From positions 1 to 31,853 of the forward strand of contig LRSL01000106.1 of NCBI GenBank assembly GCA_001563335.1: a DNA stretch of 31,853 nt, read 5' to 3'. Position numbers and translations under genes: made by a program. The notes below the pieces were generated by a model. That model made no database searches. It was not told the DNA's origin and saw nothing but the letters and a program-made list of their open reading frames with translations. Origin of the DNA: Candidatus Thorarchaeota archaeon SMTZ1-45. Its GTDB lineage: Archaea; Asgardarchaeota; Thorarchaeia; Thorarchaeales; Thorarchaeaceae. Position 1 is the first letter of the stretch. Every line of letters starts with the position of its first letter. Shown one piece after another: positions 26,101 to 31,853 of this stretch.

Positions 26101-26775
26101 TTGAAAACGCATATGCCTCATGAATTACTTTGGATTGGTCCATTATTTGCAGTTCTCTATATTATTCTCTGGCTACGTCGAGGCTTTGGTCCTTTTTGGG
26201 CTTTATCGGTATATGTTTTTGGCATTACAGTGTTCTTCCCTCCTGTTCTCATCCTAGCGATTGTTTTCCTATTCGTTTTTGCGAAGATCCGAAAGTATCG
26301 TGTTGCGATTATTGTTTTCTTTCTCAGTTTCTTCTATTCTGGTATTTTGCTGGAACCGTTCCCAATCCACTATCCTGGACTCTATCCTCCTCCTGTATCA
26401 ATTATGTTGAACTTGATGTTTACACCAATGATGGCGATGTTTTTCATATTCCTATTATTTGTTCAATTACCGATGTTGCTAGCTGCAACATTACTCTTGA
26501 TTTTATCAGTTCTAACTGGTTATACAATGGTTCTAGTTACTAAAAGGCAATTAGATTCCGTACAAGCTACACTACTTCTTATAATCGTACTTCTATGTTG
26601 GACTTTCAACTCGCTATTGGTTGGGATGAGCTCATTGAATAACTACATTACTCCTATTCCATTCGGTCCCCTTATTGCTTTGAATCTCATTCCCTTTATG
26701 AGAAATGATGAAGATCGAAACTCCTCTGCTGATTATTTAGACCTACCTTTAAGCAGTAACCAATCAACTGATTGA
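26101..26775 (+). CDS. Hypothetical multi-pass membrane protein
   Basis: About 6-7 hydrophobic segments; GAGGAG upstream; 3' end overlaps ppdK by 43 bp. Confidence 0.65.
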   Translation: MKTHMPHELLWIGPLFAVLYIILWLRRGFGPFWALSVYVFGITVFFPPVLILAIVFLFVFAKIRKYRVAIIVFFLSFFYSGILLEPFPIHYPGLYPPPVSIMLNLMFTPMMAMFFIFLLFVQLPMLLAATLLLILSVLTGYTMVLVTKRQLDSVQATLLLIIVLLCWTFNSLLVGMSSLNNYITPIPFGPLIALNLIPFMRNDEDRNSSADYLDLPLSSNQSTD

Positions 26776-29474
26776 ATAGCGGCCTGAGCTGCAGCCAATC
26801 GAGCAATCGGAAGTCTATAAGGTGAACATGAAACATAGTCAAGGCCAATCTCGTGGAAGAATCCAACTGACCTGGGGTCTCCACCATGTTCACCACAGAC
26901 ACCAAGTTTGATGTCTGAACGAGTCTTTCTTCCCCGTTCGATTGCAATCTCAATGAGCTGACCAATACCTCTCTTATCGATGCTTACGAATGGGTCATTC
27001 CGTAAGATATGTCGGTCGAGATACTCAGGCAGGAATGAATCAATATCATCCCTGCTGAAACCGAAGCCCATCTGCGAAAGGTCATTGGTTCCAAAACTGA
27101 AGAACTGCGCACTCTGTGCCATGTCTCCTGCTCGCATACATGCTCGAGGAATCTCGATCATCGTGCCATAGAGGTACGGAATATCAAAACCAACCTCACT
27201 CCTAACCTCATCATAGACCTTCTCAACTATCAATTGCATGGTCTTGAGCTCTGCTGAACCAATAGTGACTGGAATCATGATTTCCAATTGGACCTTCTTT
27301 CCTTCTTTGATGAGTTCTGCACCAGCTTCGAGAATCGCTCTGACCTGCATCTCATATATCTCAGGATATGTGATTCCTAACCGGACTCCACGGTGCCCCA
27401 TCATAGGGTTGCTCTCGTGGATTTGTTCTCCTCTCTTCCTGACTTCCTCTACATCAATCCCTAGAGCATGAGCAAGTCGTTCTAGTCCAATTCTAGACTG
27501 CGGTACAAACTCATGTAGTGGCGGATCTAAAAGTCTGATTGTTACTGGGAGGCCATTCATCACTTCGAGTGTTGCTTTGATGTCCTCTTTCACAAATGGT
27601 TTTAGCTCAGCAAGAGCGTGAAGTCTCTCGGTTCGAGTCTTACTAAGAATCATCTTTCTCAGAAGGAAAAGTGGTTCATCACTTCCCTCTCCATAGAACA
27701 TGTGCTCTGTCCTAAGAAGACCAATTCCCTCTGCTCCGAAATCAAGAGCTATCTTTGCGTCCTCTGGAGTATCAGCATTAGCACGAACTCCAAGCTTTCG
27801 ATATTTATCGATAAGCCCCATGAACTCCTTTAGTTTAGGATTTTCAGTAGCCTCAATCATTGGAAGTTCACCTTCATAGACGAGACCTTGAGTGCCATTG
27901 AGTGTGAGTATATCGCCTTCCTTGTAGATCTTCCCATTTATTGTGAGTGTCTTCTCGAAGGTGTTGATATCGAGCCCAGCTGCACCTACAATGCAGCACT
28001 TACCCCATCCTCTTGTCACAAGAGCTGCGTGACTCGTCATACCACCACGTGCTGTAAGGATTGCATTTGCAGCTCGCATTCCTTCAATATCCTCCGGACT
28101 GGTTTCCTCTCGAACAAGGACAACTTTTCTTCCTTTCTTGCTCCATTCAACAGCTGCTTCAGAAGTGAAAACAATTTGACCCATGGCGCCACCTGGACCT
28201 GCAGGAAGTCCTCGAGTAATTGCAGTCGAGTTTTTCTCTGCTTCTGGGTCTAGTATCGGATATAGAAGCTGACCAAGTTGCTCAGGGTCTACTCTAAGGA
28301 TGGCAGTTGGTTCATCGATGAAATTGGTTCGCAGCATATCCATTGCTATGTTTAGAGCTGCTGTAGCAGTTCGCTTACCGACACGATGCTGCACAAGGAA
28401 TAGCTTGCCCTCTTGAATTGTAAATTCGATATCCACCATATCTTTGGTATCTTCTTCCAGTGTGTTTTTTATTTCTACAAGCTGTTTGTAAATATCTAGC
28501 ATTGTTTCTTCAAGGGTTGGTAGATCTTTACTCTGCTCGTTCTTACTCTCCTCGTTCATTGCGTTGGGAGTTCGAGTTCCTGCAACGACATCCTCACCCT
28601 GCGCATTAATGAGAAATTCCCCATAGAACTTATTCTCACCAGTTGCTGGATTCCTTGAGAAAGCAACACCTGTTGCTGAACTTTCACCCATGTTGCCAAA
28701 TACCATGCTTTGGACTGTACAAGCAGTACCCCAATCATCGGGAATGTTCTCAATCCGGCGATAAGCAACAGCACGATTTCCGCCCCAGCTCTTGAAGACT
28801 GCACCTATTGCAGCCCATAGTTGCTCATAGGGATCATCTGGGAAGTCCACACCTAATGTCTTTTTGATTGCATCCTTGAACTCTTCAACGAGATCCTTAA
28901 GATGTTCAACATTAAGACATGTGTCTGTCAAACAGCCAACATCTTTCTTCTTTCTCGCGAGAATCCTCTCGAGCTGTTGGCGAATCCCATGTCCTTCCTC
29001 CGGTTCTATCCCTGCCGCTTTCTCCATGACCACATCAGAGAACATCATGATAAGTCGTCGGTATGAATCATAGACAAACCGCTCATTTTGTGTAGTTTCA
29101 ATGAGACCAGGAATAGTAGATGTGGTGAGACCAACATTGAGAACAGTTTCCATCATACCTGGCATGGACTGTCTTGCACCTGATCTGCAGGAAACGAGGA
29201 GCGGATTTTTAGGATCTCCGAATTTCATGCCCATATATTCTTCAATCTGTGCCATCGCATTCTTAACTTCTGATTTGACTTCCTCACTGAGACCTCCAGA
29301 AGCTAAGTACATATTGCAGACATTTGTAGAGATTGTAAAACCTGGTGGAACAGGGAGGCCAAGTAGAGTTGCTCCAGCAAGAGACGCTCCTTTTCCACCA
29401 AGGAGGTTCTTCATTGTACCATCACCGTCGGCTTCACCTGAGCCAAATATATACACGTGTTTTTCCTTACTCAT
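26733..29474 (-). CDS. ppdK: Pyruvate, phosphate dikinase
   Basis: LGGKGA.L, PLLVS.RSGA..SMPGMM, NAQGEDVVAG.RTP, RGGMTSHAA (phospho-His), GIGL.RTEHMF, SFGTNDL, GVCGEHGG; GGTGG before ATG 29474. Confidence 0.97.
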   Translation of the reverse strand: MSKEKHVYIFGSGEADGDGTMKNLLGGKGASLAGATLLGLPVPPGFTISTNVCNMYLASGGLSEEVKSEVKNAMAQIEEYMGMKFGDPKNPLLVSCRSGARQSMPGMMETVLNVGLTTSTIPGLIETTQNERFVYDSYRRLIMMFSDVVMEKAAGIEPEEGHGIRQQLERILARKKKDVGCLTDTCLNVEHLKDLVEEFKDAIKKTLGVDFPDDPYEQLWAAIGAVFKSWGGNRAVAYRRIENIPDDWGTACTVQSMVFGNMGESSATGVAFSRNPATGENKFYGEFLINAQGEDVVAGTRTPNAMNEESKNEQSKDLPTLEETMLDIYKQLVEIKNTLEEDTKDMVDIEFTIQEGKLFLVQHRVGKRTATAALNIAMDMLRTNFIDEPTAILRVDPEQLGQLLYPILDPEAEKNSTAITRGLPAGPGGAMGQIVFTSEAAVEWSKKGRKVVLVREETSPEDIEGMRAANAILTARGGMTSHAALVTRGWGKCCIVGAAGLDINTFEKTLTINGKIYKEGDILTLNGTQGLVYEGELPMIEATENPKLKEFMGLIDKYRKLGVRANADTPEDAKIALDFGAEGIGLLRTEHMFYGEGSDEPLFLLRKMILSKTRTERLHALAELKPFVKEDIKATLEVMNGLPVTIRLLDPPLHEFVPQSRIGLERLAHALGIDVEEVRKRGEQIHESNPMMGHRGVRLGITYPEIYEMQVRAILEAGAELIKEGKKVQLEIMIPVTIGSAELKTMQLIVEKVYDEVRSEVGFDIPYLYGTMIEIPRACMRAGDMAQSAQFFSFGTNDLSQMGFGFSRDDIDSFLPEYLDRHILRNDPFVSIDKRGIGQLIEIAIERGRKTRSDIKLGVCGEHGGDPRSVGFFHEIGLDYVSCSPYRLPIARLAAAQAAIQSVDWLLLKGRSK

Positions 29475-29539
29475 CTTATCACTACCCACCAGCATAATAT
29501 GATTCAAGGTGAGGTTCTGGCTGAAGTTCAGAAGCCAGG

Positions 29540-29560
29540 TTTATAATAGCATTAATGCTA
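29540..29560. promoter_or_regulatory. TATA-like box (TTTATAA) abutting the perfect 14-bp palindrome TAGCATTAATGCTA
   Basis: TTTATAA at 29540-29546, palindrome at 29547-29560, in the divergent ppdK / PLP-enzyme intergenic region. Confidence 0.55.
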
Positions 29561-29719
29561 ATCATCAATTAGGGGAGTTCAATCCTCTAAACTGTGTCGA
29601 TGTTCATTGTAGTTCATATTAAACTGCCTATTGTGGCGCATACAGCATCAATCTGTCAATCCGAAACCCTTTTTCGTAGATTAACTCGGTGCTGTGTGAC
29701 TTTATGCGAGGATTGTAAT

Positions 29720-31186
29720 ATGATTGACTTGATGATGAATGAAACCCAACTTGAGAGAACAGTTGAAAGGTGTCGAGAACGTAACATAGTTATTCCGACT
29801 TTAGAACAGATGAAGGATCCTAGTAAGACTCCTGAAAGAATAAAGGATGAATTGAAAGATATCGCGCTCTGGGATGTCGTCCCGCAAAACCTCTTCAGAA
29901 TTACCTGGAAGAATGAACCAGTCGATAAGGGAGGTCTCTTTAGACCTATTGCGAACTATATGGAAATTCCACCAGAACTCACAGGCGTGGATGCACGAAT
30001 AATCGCTCTTGTTGGCAAATGGTTTCCTACGGGTGCCCATAAGGTCGGAGCAACATTTGGATGTCTGGTTCCTCCATTGGTAACGGGTCAGTTCGATCCA
30101 ACCTTTCATCATGCTGTTTGGCCATCTACAGGTAACTACTGTCGAGGTGGAGCATACGATGCAACCTTACTTGCTTGCGAGTCAATAGCAATTCTCCCAG
30201 AAGAAATGTCTCAAGAACGGTTTGATTGGCTTAGTACAGTTGCAGGCGAGATAATTAAGACTCCAGGTAGCGAATCAAATGTCAAGGAAATCTATGATGA
30301 GGTAGCACGAATTAAAGCTTCAAGAAACGATGTTTTTGTCTTCAATCAATTTAGCGAGTTTGGTAACTATCTATGGCACTACGAAGTCACGGGTCATGCA
30401 ATGAAAGAAGTTCTTGACAAGGAGCTAGGTAATGATACTTTCAGAGGTGTCTGCTTGACAACAGGATCTGCAGGAACACTTGGATGTGGCGACTTCATGA
30501 AGCAGGTATATCCTACCTCTAAGATTGCTGCAGGTGAGGCTGTGCAATGCCCTACACTTTGGCTCAATGGTTATGGAGCTCATAGAATCGAGGGCATTGG
30601 TGATAAACACGTTCCCTGGATTCACAATGTCCGCAATACAGACATGATTATTGCTATTGATGATGCTGACACAATCAATCTAATGAGGCTCTTCAATGAA
30701 CCGGAAGGTAGAAAGTACCTCATCAATAACATTGGCGCTCCAGAGGAAATTGTTACAAAACTCGATTTGCTTGGAATCTCGAGTATTGCGAATCTGTTAA
30801 TGAGCATCAAATTCTCAAAGTATTATGAATTAACAAAGAATGATGTTGTACTTACAGTCTTCACAGACTCAATGGATATGTATCAGTCGCGCATTCGTGA
30901 GAATCGCACTACACAAGGCGAATACTCTGAGAAAACTGGAGTGAAAGATTATCATAGATATCTAATGGGGCAGAAGCTTGATGCAATGATTGAACTAAAT
31001 CATTACGATAGAAGACGCGTTCATAATCTCAAGATGTTTACTTGGATAGAACAACAAGGCTTCGACTTAGACGAGCTCGATGCTCAATGGTATGATTATC
31101 CCGCGTATTGGGAACATATTCAAAAGACGACTCCTCGAATTGATGATTTGATAACCCAATTCAATGAAAAAGTGGGTCTGATATAA
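29720..31186 (+). CDS. Fold-type II PLP-dependent enzyme (cysteine synthase / tryptophan synthase beta superfamily), uncharacterised long form
   Basis: PTGAHKVG (Schiff-base Lys), STGNY, TGSAGT phosphate loop, HRIEGIG, GISS; GAGG before ATG 29720. Confidence 0.85.
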   Translation: MIDLMMNETQLERTVERCRERNIVIPTLEQMKDPSKTPERIKDELKDIALWDVVPQNLFRITWKNEPVDKGGLFRPIANYMEIPPELTGVDARIIALVGKWFPTGAHKVGATFGCLVPPLVTGQFDPTFHHAVWPSTGNYCRGGAYDATLLACESIAILPEEMSQERFDWLSTVAGEIIKTPGSESNVKEIYDEVARIKASRNDVFVFNQFSEFGNYLWHYEVTGHAMKEVLDKELGNDTFRGVCLTTGSAGTLGCGDFMKQVYPTSKIAAGEAVQCPTLWLNGYGAHRIEGIGDKHVPWIHNVRNTDMIIAIDDADTINLMRLFNEPEGRKYLINNIGAPEEIVTKLDLLGISSIANLLMSIKFSKYYELTKNDVVLTVFTDSMDMYQSRIRENRTTQGEYSEKTGVKDYHRYLMGQKLDAMIELNHYDRRRVHNLKMFTWIEQQGFDLDELDAQWYDYPAYWEHIQKTTPRIDDLITQFNEKVGLI

Positions 31187-31370
31187 GCCATTGGTTAAAA
31201 GCTGGTAAAGGTGTTCGCATGTTTTCAAGCTAGTCCAAACACCATTTCCTGAAATAGCTAGTACAACTAGAAATAGGGTATCATCGTTGAGAAGTTGGGA
31301 TGCAGAGAACAAAACAGTGTCCTGAATTGTCTTTGTATAAGAAAAAACACTTCTCTTCGGAGGCCAGCTA

Positions 31371-31853
31371 TTGAAAAAGACCTGGATAGTCATGATTCCG
31401 TTTCTATGTATCATGCTAGTCTGGGTGCCAATATCTGCTCCAATTTCAGAGAATCCATCAACTCAATTCCTCATTCAAACTACTCATTCTAAGGCAAAGC
31501 CAGTAAGTCTATCCCACACATTGGATGCAAAAACCGGGATTTTAAATCCAGTTTTAATACAGCACTTTGGCGCTGCATCAGGAGTCCAACCTTCTTCTGT
31601 CGGACGTACTGATACAGACCCCACTCCAAGTTCAGAGGTGTTCTGTCCGGTTGGTCCTCAAGGCAACTATCGCTCAGCAGATTGTAGTGGAGGCTATTTC
31701 GTAGTTGGTACTGGAGGATCAGCTGATTTTGGTTCTTCTCAAGGAACAATCTCTCTTTGGATAAAATGGGATGGTGCAGCACCTCATGGAAGATTCTGGG
31801 GTCAACATGACGACTTTGAAACTCGTTGGTCAATAAATAGACTCACACTAGAT
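31371..31853 (+). CDS. Secreted protein with LamG/concanavalin-like domain (3'-truncated; missing from the ORF track)
   Basis: GGAGG at 31359-31363, TTG start, frame open to the window end: MKKTWIVMIPFLCIMLVWVPISA...QGTISLWIKWD...GRFWGQ; GTISLWIK is typical of LamG strands. Confidence 0.72.
   Translation, partial: MKKTWIVMIPFLCIMLVWVPISAPISENPSTQFLIQTTHSKAKPVSLSHTLDAKTGILNPVLIQHFGAASGVQPSSVGRTDTDPTPSSEVFCPVGPQGNYRSADCSGGYFVVGTGGSADFGSSQGTISLWIKWDGAAPHGRFWGQHDDFETRWSINRLTLD

Noticed and set aside
29475-29719. N-terminal extensions of PPDK (to 29507) and of the PLP enzyme (from 29594) in the ORF track
   Set aside because: SD-like motifs sit before ATG 29474 and ATG 29720; the extensions cover promoter-like sequence
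31067-31833. ORFs 31067-31414 (-), 31295-31492 (+) and 31489-31833 (-)
   Set aside because: They overlap better-supported genes (the PLP enzyme and the LamG-like frame from 31371) and have no motifs
1-31853. Mobile elements, prophage, defence systems, tRNA or rRNA
   Set aside because: No transposase, integrase, nuclease or capsid motifs; no terminal repeats or cloverleaf seen in the short intergenic gaps

Overview
Gene-dense 31.9-kb window at roughly 40% GC (estimated by eye) that looks archaeal: archaeal-type ThrRS with an N-terminal editing domain, GGAGG/GGTG-type ribosome-binding sites, TTTA-type TATA boxes and frequent TTG/GTG starts. The WD40, SCP2, tandem-GNAT, BtrH-like and Ig-like surface proteins suggest an Asgard lineage, probably Thorarchaeota (inference). 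It holds about 29 CDSs, mostly peptide and amino-acid catabolism: two M29 aminopeptidases, threonine dehydratase, threonine 3-dehydrogenase, a lysine/saccharopine dehydrogenase, PPDK and an uncharacterised fold-type II PLP enzyme. No rRNA, tRNA, CRISPR array or mobile element was seen. The most striking unit is a divergon at 6.4-11.9 kb: a Mo/W-bisPGD oxidoreductase with a 2x[4Fe-4S] ferredoxin inserted inside its C-terminal cofactor-binding domain, opposite padR, a BtrH-like cysteine peptidase and pduO, separated by two tandem 22-bp palindromic operators. Also notable: a Tyr-to-Phe change at a catalytic position in one duplicated aminopeptidase, an NADPH-type disulfide reductase with an inverted-repeat operator, and a ppdK/PLP-enzyme divergon around a perfect 14-bp palindrome. 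All calls come from motif reading; no database searches were run.
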